Positions 12,358 to 26,400 of a stretch of 64,000 nt of DNA are shown here, in pieces. A program made the translations under genes and the position numbers. Location of the stretch: contig ML978123.1 in the NCBI GenBank assembly GCA_010015805.1, forward strand, positions 1,612,001-1,676,000. The letters run 5' to 3'. The notes below the pieces were generated by a model, which was given only the letters and a program-made list of their open reading frames with translations, was not told the origin of the DNA and did no database searches. Source of the DNA: Rhizodiscina lignyota. Its lineage: Eukaryota. Every line of letters begins with the position of its first letter. Within the stretch, counting starts at the first letter, position 1.

Positions 12358-13395
12358 TGTAGCGTCAAGAGCAGAGAGAATAGTATGAGAAGGTAAACGT
12401 AAATTTGATATAATCAGCACTTGGTTTTGAGGTAATTGAGGGCTGCAGTAGGAAGGTGATGCTGAATCTGTGAACTCGCGAAGACTTCTTTATACTTATC
12501 TTTTAGAAATGTCGCGACAGCTCCTTCGTGGCTCTACTGAAACTATTCATAGTGTTAGGGGGCGTTTGACGATGAGGACGAATATTGTACTGTGCTGGTG
12601 CTTCTGGCTGTGGTTCGGGGCTCAAGCAAAGGTAACGCCCCCAGGTCTCGGTTGAAGAGAGGAAAGAAGGGAAAAGGGGCAAGGTGAACAAGGATTTTAT
12701 CGAGCTACCCAATCCCTTGTCATCGGCTAAGGTCGCCATCGGGGCCGAAGAAATGCCGGCGCCGATGAAGCCACCCGCCAGGCCGCCCGACCTGAGCCTC
12801 TGAGCCTCACCACCCTTGATCCTCCCGAAATCGCCGGAGAGGCTGGTGTCGCGTACGCACTGCCTCATCCGAATAGACCGAGCCACATGCAATAGAGGAG
12901 ACGTTCCTCAGGCTACGAGTGAAAGGCTGTGAGATCCGCCAGCCATTATTCCCTCATTAAAACGCCTTGCTAAACGTCAAATGGCCTTGATCCCTTCCTT
13001 AGGCTCAATGCTTTCATCACAGAAGCTAATTGGCGTTATCGAGAAAAACGAGGCCTGGTAACACTATGAGGCGTTACAAACAAGCTGACTAGTTCAGTAG
13101 TTCAGTCTGACTGCAATCAATGGCAATCATAATATTGACAAGGAAATATGGACTGTCACAGTGATAGCTATACGAAACTTGGAGTCGACTGAGTCTACTG
13201 CTCAGTACCCGGTCCTAGCTTATTAGCTATCCGCATGCTCTTCGACCGAAGCGCCAGCCTCTTATCATCCTCAGCTCCTACAAAGCTGTCCTACGACACT
13301 GTCTTGTCACTACTCAACTAGGGGCAAAGATCGGTGGCACAAACGTAGCTCCCCATTCTATTCTCTACATTGACCCCAACTAACACGCTGTGTAG

Positions 13396-14415
13396 TGTCT
13401 CAGAGTGACCGAGCGCGGACTGAGAAGAATGCGTTCAAGTCACTCAGATCGATCAACCCTGACCCTTTCAAATCAGCCTACCCAACGTTATCAGCCTGTC
13501 GCAAAGCATTCGCACTTACCCATGAAGTGCATTTCAGCTTCCCAAAGCGAAAGGGGGTTTCGCCATCGAAGCTCAAGTCCAGCGTTGCTCACGCGGTGTC
13601 GAGGAGGCTCATTGACGAGCACAGGATTTCTATTTGCGGAGGTCAGATCCCCCTCAGATATCTCCGAGTCACGCTAATCACATGCATTAGATGATATGAT
13701 TGCGGATGACAACAATTCTGCACTTGCTCCCAAGACTGTGGAGGATAGCGACTCTGCGGTTGCCCTTGCGACTATGAATGGCAATGGCCCTGCTGCTGAT
13801 GATGCGATCGCAGATGGCCACAATTCTGTTGCTGCCGGTGTGGACGGCTCGACCGAGAAGATTAACAACTCCGCCGCTAATGATACAACCGGGAATTGGA
13901 ACGACTCTGTAACTGCTGGTGCTAGCACGGACGGCAACCACTCTGCGATCATCACTCTGAAGAGGCATCGTATCGAACCAGCTATGGGCCGCAACGTGAA
14001 ACGTCGCCTACCTGAGATCGTTGACGACTCCGAATGCAGTGATGTGGAAATCCCGCTAGAGCTGCCCGAAACTATGCTAGAATCCCCACGGTCGCCGGCG
14101 CGCTTTGAAAGTACTAAGGCATTAGATGAGGCCCTGGTATGTAAACTTCTATGTCGGAACCGAGAAGTTCGCATCCGCGTCCAGGACATGTGGCTTGAAG
14201 TTCAAGATCTGTGCAGGGCGGTGTTTGATGGTTCAGTGGGCGTTGGCGCTGAGAGTGAGGAGCGGACTCGGAATATCGCGGCAAGCACCAAATCAACGAA
14301 AACTCTTGATGGCAACACTTTATACACTGGGCTGTGGAACAAGGTGACTTCTCCGCGGTTTATGGCACTACCAGGTTCAATGCCGATACCGTTTCTCTTT
14401 CATCCTTTGAGGTGA
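13396..14415 (+). CDS. Hypothetical spliced protein with a low-complexity A/D/N-rich middle; 5' end not located; possible frameshifted C-terminus extending to 14525
   Basis: CTAAC..TAG acceptor at 13395. Intron 13642-13690 (GTCAG..GCTAAT..TAG) joins ORF 13395 in frame to ORF 13696. No recognised domain. Confidence 0.45.
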
Positions 14416-14850
14416 CTGTCGCTCAAAAACATCCGACGATGGTCCAGATCTACATTCCGCCGTATCGCGTGAAGGAACTGTGTGCTTTGTTAGGCGTTGG
14501 CATATCTGAGCTGGACGATTACTAGATACTAACAAATTAAGTACATATCTGCGCCCAGAACACGGATGAAGCATAGACCGCGAATGTCATACAGAGATCA
14601 GCCTTACATACTAGGGACCTCATATAAGGAGCCATAAAGTACACTGCAAGAGAGATGGTATCCCATACTGGCAGTGGGTGTGCCCATGTGGACGCTTTGG
14701 TTTCACACAGGGGAAGTGGCTGGGCCAGCTGGCGTTACATCTTCCAAATATTAACGTCGACTTGCATGTATTTTAAAGGATTCTATTTCTTAGCTAGAAT
14801 GATTTCGACGGAACCAAAGTCGGGGAATGAAAGTGCCTTTCCGATCTGGA

Positions 14851-16621
14851 CTACTCGATGCGATACTTCTTGAATTCCTTCGTTCTAACCCTCCTTGAAA
14901 ACATGATATCCAACTCTTCGTACGTTCGGCCGCCAGTTTCAGGGACTCTGAAATAACTCCAGATCAACGAGATGGCAGACAAGCCACCGAAGAAGAAGCC
15001 AATCTTGCCTCTGATGTTTGCCTGGTCCGGATTGAACATGTACGGAATGGCGACCGTCATAGCGATGGCGACCACAGCTTGCACGGCTGTGGCAACGGCG
15101 ATCGTCTTCGAGCGAACCTTTGTTGCGCTCGTCTCGCTGATAATAACAAAGCAGACCGGGCCAACGCTCCAATCGTAGCAGAAGTTCCAGACGATCATGA
15201 GAGACGCTTGAGTCCATGCTAGATTTGGGTTGCTGTCATAATCGGGGATACAGTCGAGGATTCCGATAATGAGCAAAAGTACAACAAGGCAGAGAAGACC
15301 AGTATTGTAGATGACGCGACGTCCGAACCGAGTCAGGAGAACCCAAGAGAAACATGTGGCGACGAAACCCACAGCCAGAAAGCCAACAGACATATCAAAC
15401 GCTTTATTTGTCGCAAGCCCGGCCAATTCGAAGAAATAAGTAGTGTATCCAACGAGATATATGCCAGAGAGCACTTGGATCGTGTAGACACCCACTGAAA
15501 TTTCGGTGCGTCGCAAATTCTCTCGTTTGAAGCAGTCCCAATATGTCGATCCGGCCTCCAGTTCTTGCTCCAGTCTGTCGGTCTCAATAATCATCGCCAT
15601 AGTCCCCTTAACATCAGCGCCCTTGGCAGAGAGACGACGGAGGGAATTCCCTGCCTCCTCCATTTTGCCTTTGCGCACAAGCCAATACGGACTCTCCGGG
15701 GCGAAAGGCCAGCCAGCCAAAATAACAAGAGGCCAGACCCACTGCGCGGCAAATGGAGCGCTGTACGCCCAGTGACTGTTGAGTTGTTGTGTCCCCGCAA
15801 TGACACCATTCGCAATCAACTGTCCCATGACGAAGCAGAGGTTGGTGTAAGAAGTGAGCACACCACGAAGAGCGACCGGGCAGACTTCCGATGCATATGC
15901 TGGGGCAATAACGGCGTAAGATCCAAGGACGAGGCCTCCAAGCAGCTCCCCGGCAAGCAGAACGGGTAAAGACCGAGCGAAGAATTGGATGAATATAAAG
16001 CCGGTCGTGAAAATAACGCAAACGCCAAAGGTCTTCTTGCGTCCATACCACTCCATGGGGTATGCAGCAAATAGAGCTCCGATAACTATTCAAACACATC
16101 AGCTTGAATCAAAGACCATACATAGACTCCAAAGAGGCCCAGCAAACCCTTCATTTTCACCACCGGTTCTGGATAGAAGAGAGTGGATCGTGCAAATTAA
16201 TGTACAAGCACCCTTATTGAATGCGGCACCTCGAGACGGGACAACTCACCCTGTCCAATTGGATTACCCATACTCAGACCAGTCTGCCATGGAGCTGATA
16301 CGATATACTGGCCTTTAAACAGGTATCCGAAGTCGCGTTGGAAAGCAGGGACCGCGTATAAACTGGTGAGTAGCTGCGGATCAAATGCCGTCATAATCAC
16401 CTAGAAAATGTGTCAGAGGTTGCCATTGAAGCTTCTCGGAATGCAATTACCCCCATGGAGAAGAAGAGGGACCATCCAGCTGCCGCAGGATATATCCTCA
16501 GGGCCTCCAGAAGACTCATTTTGTGCTCTTTTTCCGTAGCATCTCGAACTTCTGCGCCTGCAATTGCTCCAATCACAACATTCCCTTTCCCCGAATTGTG
16601 CTCTGGATCTTCGTCCGCCAT
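14851..16621 (-). CDS. General alpha-glucoside/maltose permease (sugar porter family)
   Basis: ATG 16621. Motifs EHKMSLLEALRIYPAAAGWS, YASEVCPVALRG, PESPYWLVRKG, NLRRTEI and VPETGGRTYEELD. Two introns splice in frame. Confidence 0.92.
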
Positions 16622-18332
16622 TTTCGCGCTCTCAGTCGCTCGTCGCAGCGTGCCGAAAGAATCTTGCACTTTCAATGCTTCAAAATCAGTTCAAGGGAAT
16701 GATTTTACATTCTTGAAGATCGCCTGTGGAGATAACTTATCTCGTGAGTTTATCTCGTATCCATGGCCTCTTGAACCTAACAACCATGCACTGCAACCCA
16801 AAGGAGGGGTTCCTCACGTGCCTGTGGGATCGATCATGTTTGGGGAGCCTGATCCGGCTGGATCGCCGCCGCAATCACCGTTATCCAGGTCTCACGGTCG
16901 AGCGTAAAAGTTGGGATATGCTGATTCTCCATTCCAAGACACGGGAGACGAATAGAATAGCTGGTATACCGGTAAAGCTGCGCTCTTCTGCCGGACGCTA
17001 AGCTGGGCTTAAAAGCGGCAGCTAGCCTTCCAAGGTATAATTGTGGGCGGCTCTCCACCATTTAATATACACCCGACCTTGCTAGCAAGCTATCTCAAAC
17101 CCTGCTTAGCGTTGCAGTATAAGAGCGGGGTTTCCGATATCACCGGGCAATACCGCACCAATTATCTAGGAATGTAAGAGTTCTAGATTTCGAAACCCAT
17201 CACGGCCGAAGAAATATTACAATTGATGGCATGCGAGGAGAAATTGCTCTGCTAGAGATCTGGGAATGGAGGACATAATTCCTGAGCAGATGTCGAGCAG
17301 GCCAATCAGACTAACGATCGGGACAATATGCTATGATATGCTTGATCTCTATGTATTCCTTCACTCATCATCACCATCTTCGTCGCGCTTGGCAGTTAAC
17401 TCCTTCATCATTCTCGACGGTAACAGATTAGTTAATCCCGTTTAAAAACGAACGGGTGCTCCACTTGAAGATGTAAAATTGAAGCTCACACAGGTGGATC
17501 CAGCAAAGGTTTGGTTGAAGGCAGACTTCCAACCCGTACGAAGAATTCCAACATTAGTTTGATTAACGGCAGGATTCCAACTCACAAATTCGCAGGGTGT
17601 GCAGGTTTTCAACTCCTGTTCGATTATTGATTTGAAATTTATATCGTCTCTTCAGTTTGTAATACATACGGGCACCATGTGCTCACTACTTGAATATACG
17701 ACGAATCAAGCTAAGGAGTCCCATGAGCTGCATACGCGCGCGCATATCCTCGACGTCTTTCTGGTTATTCAAATCAGTCATTTCTTCCAGTCTGCTGCAC
17801 ACGGCGGCTCCTTGTTCCTTTTCTCCATTAATGATTGCTGTTAGCATGTTCAAACTCTACAAGCTGTTAAGCTCTAGATTCCCAAGCTTCAAACTGACCC
17901 GTGGGGCATGTTGCACCCAGTTCGGGCAAGTTTATCGGAACTCTTGACACCTTAGACCATCTACCAATTGGAGTATTAAAAGCGTTTATTCATAATCTGA
18001 ATTTTCACGTTATAACGGCGATACACAGGAGCAATCACTCCATAGATCTGATGGTTGCGCCAAGAGCGTGCGGAATATCTTGTCGTCTCCGCAAGCGGAT
18101 ACCATGATCCGGGCCACGACAGCAGTGTCCGAAGAAGATTTTAAGCGTAAGGAGCTAGTAAGGTTGATGTTTATTCTTGGATCATTCCGAAAGTGTATAC
18201 AGGTGGCAGCGCAAATTGGAGCGATTGGATCTGGCCTCTTATATGTAGTGAGGCGTAGTTGCGAAAGGATTCCTCAGTCCTTCAAGTAGAGATAAAATTC
18301 ATCGTCACTTCGAGAGAGCCTCGCTTTCTAGA

Positions 18333-19608
18333 ATGGCATCTTTGTACAAGTATCCTAAAGACACGGTCAGACACCATTCTGGAACTCTAAACCATGAAGG
18401 GGGGCTGTCGAAGGAATGGATGAAAGTGAGTTCCCGAGGCTTGAATGATGCCCTGGCGCTGAGAAGGATCAGTTCGAAGAGCAACTCGGATTTCGGCCAG
18501 CGGTCAATCTAGATGGGACGCTAGTTGAACAGAGAAAGGCGTTTGAAGATGCTTGCGCGCTCCGCGATGAAAGCTCTTTGACGGAAGACCTAAGGGAAGG
18601 CGTGTCTGTTCAAGACGAGGAAATTAAATTAATCTCCAGCGGGGAAACTTCGGCAATTCCAATCCGCATTTACAAGCCAACAACAGCCGCATTTACAAGA
18701 GACACTCCGAACGAGAGCGAACTTCGCCCTGCCGCTGTATTCTTCCATGGAGGTGGGTGGATCTTAGGCAGCATAGCAACAGATGATTTGTTTTGTCGAC
18801 AAATCGCGTACGATCTGGGTCACGTTGTCGTGAGCGTCGAATATCGTCTTGCCCCTGAATATGTCTATCCTGCCGCCATAGACGACTGCTACAGTGGCCC
18901 GCTCTGGGTACAAGATCCGTAACTAAAACGTAAGGCGTCGCTGAATCATATCTTAGACGCTGGAAAATGCTAGGCCATTGGGTATCGACCCTAGCCAGGT
19001 CTATGTGACAGGCAATTCTGCAGGAGGTACTTTCCAATGGTCGCTCCTCAAAGCTCGTTATTAACGCTCGTAGGCCATCTGGCAGCAGCTGTCGCCCTGA
19101 AGTCAGCCGAAGCTGAAACAGGCTTTGCGTTAGCAGCTCAGGTTCTACGGATCCCGGCGACATGCCATCCTCAGGTTTTTCCTGGTGTGCTTCCCCGAAG
19201 ACAGGATGTCCCGGTTTTTAACGATTCCGCGGCGTCATCTATGTTTGGTACTACGCGCTATAATTCCTAGTCATTGGATTGTACTGATAAACGTCAGATT
19301 CATTCGTGCCAAATAAAGACGATCGAACATCTCCACTCGTATCTCCGCTCCTTGCCAATCCAGACCATATACGAAAACTACCCCCGACATACATTGATGC
19401 TTGCTCGGTTGATCCACTTGTAGACGGTGGAATTGCATATGCGAAGAAATTAGAAGACAATGATGTTCCAGTGAAACTGTTTATTCTGGAGGGAATGCCA
19501 CATGGGTCTTTCATACTGTTTCCAGAGTTGGACTCTAGTAAAGCTGCGCGCTCCGCTTGTATGCAAGGGACTTTGTGGGCCTTAGGTCATACTAGATCTT
19601 CCAGCTAA
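18333..19608 (+). CDS. Alpha/beta hydrolase, HSL-family esterase/lactonase; multi-exon
   Basis: HGGGW oxyanion motif, VEYRLAPE, nucleophile GNSAG/G spanning an intron, DPL acid residue and GMPHG His. Confidence 0.9.
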
Positions 19609-19662
19609 GCGTATTATTTCCGCACCAATTGAAGTGCCCTCTAAATAACATCCAGAGCAGAT

Positions 19663-21682
19663 CTAGATCATACCAGGGATTGGAGGGACGTCAATTGAAT
19701 CAAGATATGGGGTCGGCGCGGATTTATCCATCTCACCTCGCGTCATGGCGACGCCCAACCACCCAAATGAATTGACAGTCGTATCCTCCGCTGGTGTGAA
19801 ATGGAAATCTTCCCACCGAGGATGCATCAGCATCTGGCGGAAAGCTGTCGCTGAGCCGGGACTATTCCGATGTTAGTAAACGCTGTCACCCCTTTGAGCC
19901 TCGATTGGAGACCAACAATAGTGCCACTACACGGCCTTCTGAGAGTCCTCGTTTGAACCACGACTTACACTACAGTCCTCGTTAGGGAAATCCCCTTGCA
20001 TTGTTAATTGTACACACGTACCGGTTTTGAGTATACCGTCCGCGGCATGTAGGAATCGATATATCCCGAAAATGCTTTCAATGCATCGTGCCTATCTCGA
20101 TCTCAGCATTTCGCTCTGCCGTTGACTTTCCAAGATATAGTCCAACTTACTTCACCTCCATTGTCCTGTATCCCTCACGCTGGCATTTCTGGATGCATTT
20201 GATGATGTATTCGCATTGCGACTCGATTGCCAGGACGGTCGATCCTGACGGTGGTGCACCATTTGGCCCAAGGTATATCATGTAATTTGGCATACTCCGA
20301 GCAAACACACTCACATATGCTTCAGGGTACGGATCGTCCCATACCTGCTCCAAGCTAAGACCGCCTCTGCCTGTCACAGGGAATCGGGGCAGGTAGCTTG
20401 TATCGAATCCAGTGGCAGTGATTATTGCATCGACGTTCCTGACCTTTCCGTCTGCCGTTTCGATTCCATTCATGTGAATTCTCTTGATGTTGGTAGAGAT
20501 AAATTCACAGTTCGCCTTGCATATGGATTCAAGGTAATTTGGGCCAGGCGTGATCCGCCGGCAGACTGGCGGATAGCTCGGGTTCATGGACTCGAACACT
20601 TCAGGCTTCGTAGCCAATTTCTGTTTCATTGATTCTCTGAAGATCTTTTCCGATTCGCGCGCGAGCTCCGAGTCTGCCCAAGTTACCGTGTGTACCGTGT
20701 TCAGCAAGCTCTCGACATAAGCTCGGTACTTCAGATAAGATAATGGGTCATCGCGGAAAGCTTCGAGCTCTTCTGGAGTATATTTTGCTATTTCATGTAA
20801 GCAAATAGAAACGTCTAACCCCCAAGGCCCAAGCTTACAATTTCCACCAGTTGGGTTCCTCCGAAATGCCTCCTCTGCCGCAAAGCCGCCAGAAGCAATC
20901 CACATTTTCGAATGATTATAGTGATCAATCCTTTTAACAATTGGCTGTATTGCGGGCAATATCTGGATGCCAGACGATCCACCGCCGATAAGAGCGATCT
21001 CTTTGTCCCTTACATCGTATGAGTCGTCCCAGTCGGCTGAGTGCAGCAACTTTCCCTGGAAGTCCTTCAATCCAGGTATATCAGGCCAGTCCCATTGATT
21101 GAGGATACCTGTGGCCATGACCAGAAAGTCGCACGTGTCGGTGAAAACCTCTCCTGTCTCCAAATTCCTCACTTCGACTGACCAGATCGCTTCGTCCTCC
21201 TTCCACGTTGCTCCTGTTACCATATGGCGCTTTTTGATATACTTTTCTGCACCATACTTCTTCGAAACCATTTTCAGGTACTGTTGAATCTCCTGTCCGG
21301 ACGAATAAAACTCGCTCCATTGCGACCAGCTTTCGAATGTGAATTGGTACGCTACTGTCGTGTCAGCTAATCCGCAATTAGGGAACACTTCGAACTTACC
21401 TGGGCTCGGAATATCGCAGGCGACGCCTGGGTATCTTGGACTTGTAAGCTATTCGAAGCAGCCACGTTCTTCAGAAGCTGACCTGTTTTCGAACCATGTC
21501 CCTCCCAGATCTGCATTCTTTTCGTATATCGTCAGTGAGAGGTTGGCTATCCTCTGCGGAAACCGGATTGCTGTGCAAATGCCGCTGTAGCCTGCACCAA
21601 CACATATCACTTTGACATTTCGATAGTCATCTATGGCTTTTTCTGCGAGCTGAAATGTGTAGTCCTTCACGTGAGACGGCAT
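19663..21682 (-). CDS. FAD/NADPH-dependent Baeyer-Villiger monooxygenase; multi-exon
   Basis: GAGYSG, GGTWFENR-YPGVACDIP, BVMO fingerprint FQGKLLHSADW, GGGSSG and ATGFD. The 3' exons read CKSWFKRG and HPRWEDF, with TAG at 19663. Confidence 0.92.
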
Positions 21683-22243
21683 CTTGCTTGCCCTGCAAAA
21701 TGTTGTTCGGATTTCCCTGGTGCCTTCGCGCTCTGCAATCTTTGCCAGATGTCCTGTAGATACATAATTGATATACTACTGCCGATACAAATCCCAATGC
21801 AGTTAAAGTATGTATTGTGCCGGCTACCGTGCTGCCATTCAGTTTGGTCAACAACTCGGTAAAGGTTAGCAGAGCGACTCTTTTCCGGAGTATCCAAAGC
21901 AGATGCGAAGTGGCTATCTAGTTATGCCGCTGTGAAATGCTTGTTGGGCTTTCATGGGTGAATAAACTAGCGATTAATGTCAAGGAAGATAGTACCCGAA
22001 TAGAAAGTGATGGTGTACGCCAATGATTGCGGGGTCTCCACGATACGCTACTGATCCATAGTGCTGTATGCACCTCATGCGGGTTCACGGCATGGCTTAA
22101 CTTTTACCTGCAATTGACGAATGGAAAACATTTCGCGGGGCCCTTTAGAAAATCATCTGAGGTGTTGTGCCAAGTCTACATTCGCCATGCTCCCAACTTG
22201 TGAGAGATTTGTTGCGAAGCCTCGTACCAAATATCGATGAGAC

Positions 22244-23323
22244 ATGGCGGCGAACGCGGCGAAAGTAGCCTTGATTACAGGCGGCGGTTAGAAACAATAA
22301 CGCGAGAGCATCCTCGTAACAGTAGCGCTAATAATTCTTTCTGACGCAGGCTCGGGAATGGGCCTCGCTGTAGCCCGGCATCTGGCTAGCAAAGGCTGGA
22401 GGTTATCAATTGCAGACGTCAGTGCGAGTACAATTTCTCCATGACTGAAACTTACTTTCAATGGTAGATGAACAGCGAGCGTGGGAAAAGCGCCGCCGAA
22501 GAGACTAGAGGAATCTTCACGCGGACTGATGTGACGAAGTACAACGACCAGGCGACGGTATTCCAAAAGACGAGAGAAGCGTACGGTCAGATCGATTTCG
22601 GTGCGTTGTCGATAGAGGCCGTGACGGACTGCCACCCTTTAATGCAAGACTCTTGATATAGTTTATGCAAACGCTGGCATCGTTGATACAGCTCCTTTCT
22701 ACGCCCCACAGGCTGAACTGCCGCCTCCGCCGCTGCCATTGTTGTGTCAAGATGTATGCTTGACGGGCGTCGTGTACGCATCATACCTTGCGATGCACTA
22801 TATGAGGCAGAATCCATCCAAAGGCGGCAATATCATCATGACCAGCTCAGGTAAGTTAATCTTTCCAGAACACTCAACGATGCCTGGGGTTCGGCGTTAA
22901 CATCTTCAGCGGCGGGGATCTATGCATCTCCAGCGCTACCAGTATACACCGGCGCAAAGCATGGCGTTGTAGGCTTCATGCGCAGTCTCGCTCCCATGCT
23001 TGCAAAAGACAACATTAGAGTCAATTGCACAATGCCCGGTGCCGTCCGGACGAATCTTTGTGATGAAGAGACCTGGAACGCATTGTAAGTAACGAGATCC
23101 CGCAATTATACCTCACTCCAGCTGAGGGTAGTCCAGTCCGGCAGAGCAATTCACGAAGACCTCGGACATTGTAAGTGCGATTGAAAAGATCTTGAAAGAT
23201 GAGAGTATCACGGGAAAGGCAGTCGAGATCAGCAAAGACAAGATCTACTTCCGAGAGCAGCACGAATTTTGTGACGAAGCCCAAAGGCAGACGATGGGAG
23301 CTGCTGGAGATGGTGCTTTTTAG
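22244..23323 (+). CDS. Short-chain dehydrogenase/reductase (15-hydroxyprostaglandin dehydrogenase-like); multi-exon
   Basis: Spliced VALITGGG/SGMG (TGxxxGxG), ANAGI, catalytic YTGAK (YxxxK) and NCTMPGAVRT. TAG at 23323. Confidence 0.88.
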
Positions 23324-23427
23324 CAGCACTATAATACATCTAAGCCCGTGGCGAAGAATTTGAATCTTACAATGTCTACAGAAGCGCCACCAACGCCAAT
23401 TTCTACGAGTCCCCGCAATGAATTCAT

Positions 23428-26400
23428 CTATAGCTCATCTCTTTTACTTGACTTCGTTGCATGCTCCGAGGAGGTTTTAGCAACAGAAGAAGACGAAGAG
23501 GCAGTCTGTTGTTCCGTTTGCCCGTTTGAACCGTTGCCGCCCGCTCTCGTCCGTCGGGCAAGAGCAGCGATTTCATCATCGTACTCTGTCCACTCCGGAA
23601 CTTGTCTTCTTGCTCTGTCGAGTTTCGGCTCCTTAGTCAACGGATTGTTGCACAGATCAATAGTCTTTGCACTCTTCAAGCTCTCGTCGCTGCACCAGGT
23701 CTCGCACCAGAGCCATTCTTGCGGCAGGCTGTGAATTGGGATGTTCATTTGCATATTGTTCGGCAAGTCTTGATCCAGATTGCTCAGACTGTTCGGATCG
23801 GCGGAGAGCTGATGATACTGCTGTCGGAGTCTGTCGCCCGCCGCAATCTGCCGGAAGCGCTTAAGGTCGACGACGTACAGGGCGCTGATGTGGTATGGCA
23901 ATCCTTTCAGGAAGTTCTTCCAATAGCCTTGCTTCCAGAATCGGAAGCCCTCCATCTCGGTGCGGCTATCGCACATCGGTGTGAAGCCATAAGGTGCCCC
24001 TTCCAAGTCATGAGTGACCAGCTCGTACATATCCGTTCTCACGATCTGGTCCGCATCGACGAAAATGACCTTGTCGAGATCCAAAGGAAAGAGGACATCA
24101 AGAAAGAGGATCTTGTAGCCCCAGATTTCGCGCTGCTTCTCCTTCTGCCCGCGTAGCCAGTGCGGCCATTTATAAGTGACCATTTCATAATCAAATCCAT
24201 ACTCGGCCGCCATCGTCGGCAAGAAAGATTTGAATGATGGTGAGAGAAATTGCTCAATGAACCAGAATTTGACAGTATGATTCGTATGCCGCATGACACT
24301 GACCATCATTATGTTCAGCATGCGCTCGTATAGGTGCCCACTAGCAACTGAAAAGATGTTGATGTCTGCATGAGCATTAGGTTTGACATCTGTAGCCAAC
24401 CCAGCTCTCGAGAGTAGATCGGAGCCAAGCTTTGCGGCCTGGTTGAGATACTTTTCCGTCTTCATGCCCTTGAGTCCAAGCTTGGAAAGCACACCATCCA
24501 CTGCCGCGGCACCTTCCGAGACGACATCTGCGGCTGATGTGCCAACTGATTTCAAAACATCTTCAGTCTCTTGCCCCGGCTTGCGTGACATTCGAGGGTA
24601 AAGAGTCAGCCCCTGGAAACTAAGAAGGGCAATCTCAGTGCTCTCATCTCCCGAGGCCGGATTCCAACCCATAGCTCCAATGCTGTCAATGTTGAAGATC
24701 TCTTTGCTACGGCCATCTTGCAATTGAATCTTGTAAAGTCCTGGATTTGATTTGAACTGGAAGTATCCAAGATTTGACATGATAATAGTGTCGGCAAAAT
24801 GAGGGTCTTTCTCTGTTCCCAGTTCAAGCTTTGTGCCTCGCGGAGGAACACCTGTCGTCATGTCGCGAGAGTGGCCTTCGATCAAGATATTCTCCAGTTC
24901 GTACGTCGCATCAATAGATTCTTTTCCACTGATAGAACTTAGTTTGATATTGTCGAGATCATAAGTAGATTCCTTCGGAGCGACGAGCCAGGATGGAGGA
25001 ACATCCATGGCCATTGTCAGTAGAGTGTCGCTGGGCAGGCCATTAAACTCGGCCTGCAAATTTTGAAGCACTCCGTTATCTCCAAAAGTCGGCTGTGACT
25101 TCAACACATATCGGTAGAAGCGTTTCACGGGAAGCTCTTCGAGACGATCCTTCGGGTTCAGAAATAGCCGCATATGCACCCCAGAAAATTCGCTGAGCAC
25201 CTTGAAGATTGGAACCCAACGTTGGGCAATCTCTGAAGCCGGGTCGAGGGATGCGACAAGTTGCACGGAGGCCGTGTCGATGTCTCCAAGAATTATCGCG
25301 GTTTCATTCGCCTCCCAAACGCTGAACAAGTTCGACCTTGTAGTTGGCAGAGATTCAAAGATACCTTCTGGTACATCTGATATCGTTGAAACCGATACGA
25401 GAGAGCAGGCCATAGCCACCCTCGTGGCGTCATCGAATTTGGCGGAAAGGCCGAGTGATTCGACGGCCTTCATTGCGGGATTTATGCGCTTCTTCTGCTC
25501 AAACGCCAAAAGTGCTTCAAGGTCATCCTTGCCGAAAGACACATCCGCATCTAGAGGTCCTACAACTCTGCCGTTCAGAACCAGACCTCGATCCTTACCC
25601 GGTTCCAGCCCGAAAGCTTTAATAAGAGCAGCGAGCTGGGTCCATTCAGCGTCGGGGATCCTCTCTATACTCATCAGGAAAAGTGTTTGCTCCAATATCC
25701 GTTCGAGCTCGACGTTGGAAACAGGGCCGTCTGACACAGTCGACAAAACTGCGGCGACTCCATTTGTATGGGCTGCGTATGATCCGGTATGCAAAAACCG
25801 CACTTCAACAGCCGGGTGCTGCTTCCGGAACTCCAAAATCCCCTTAAGAAGATCTTTAGCGCTGTCTGAATCAAAATTATCAATCACAAGCAGCTGTGAC
25901 GGGACCTGTGATTCGTCTTCGGAGAAAGAAGGCATGTATCTCAAAGAGTTGAAAGTTTTCCCGTGTTCTTCGATGATGCGAACGAGGTTCACAAGCCTGA
26001 TGGATTTCTCGTCTTCCGGAACAACTATTGGATTGCGGCGGGGAGACGCATCGAGCAGAAAGTGTCCGGGGAGCCAGCTATCCTCTTCAAACATGTCTTC
26101 AAAGACGTTTTGCTGGATAGTGCGCAGGTCAACTGTGACCCTCCTGCTCATACTTTGGAGCCACTCATCATTGCGGGTAATGGCAACCCCATTGATGAAT
26201 ATAGGGGCATTGGCACCATCGGCTCCTAAGCGCTTCAAGTAGCTCTGGGACGCTTGTATGCGAGCATTATCCTCATCGGGCTTAAGAACATCCTGGAGTG
26301 TCTGGGCAATTTTGTCTTTCTTTACCTTGCGACCGTCGATGGCGGACTCAAAGATGGCTGAATTTGGCGTCCGGACGCTATCTTTCAGAAGCGACTTTTC

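Noticed and set aside
17340..18200. Possible decayed gene between the permease and the esterase
   Set aside because: It has splice-like signals and short peptide-like runs on the minus strand, but I could not recognise a family or build an open model.
23428..23445. RDEL rather than HDEL at the UGGT C-terminus
   Set aside because: RDEL is a recognised variant of the ER retention signal and is not unusual.
25202..26242. 346-aa plus-strand ORF, and many similar antisense ORFs elsewhere
   Set aside because: These are shadow ORFs opposite well-supported genes (here UGGT); they are Ser-rich and carry no motifs.
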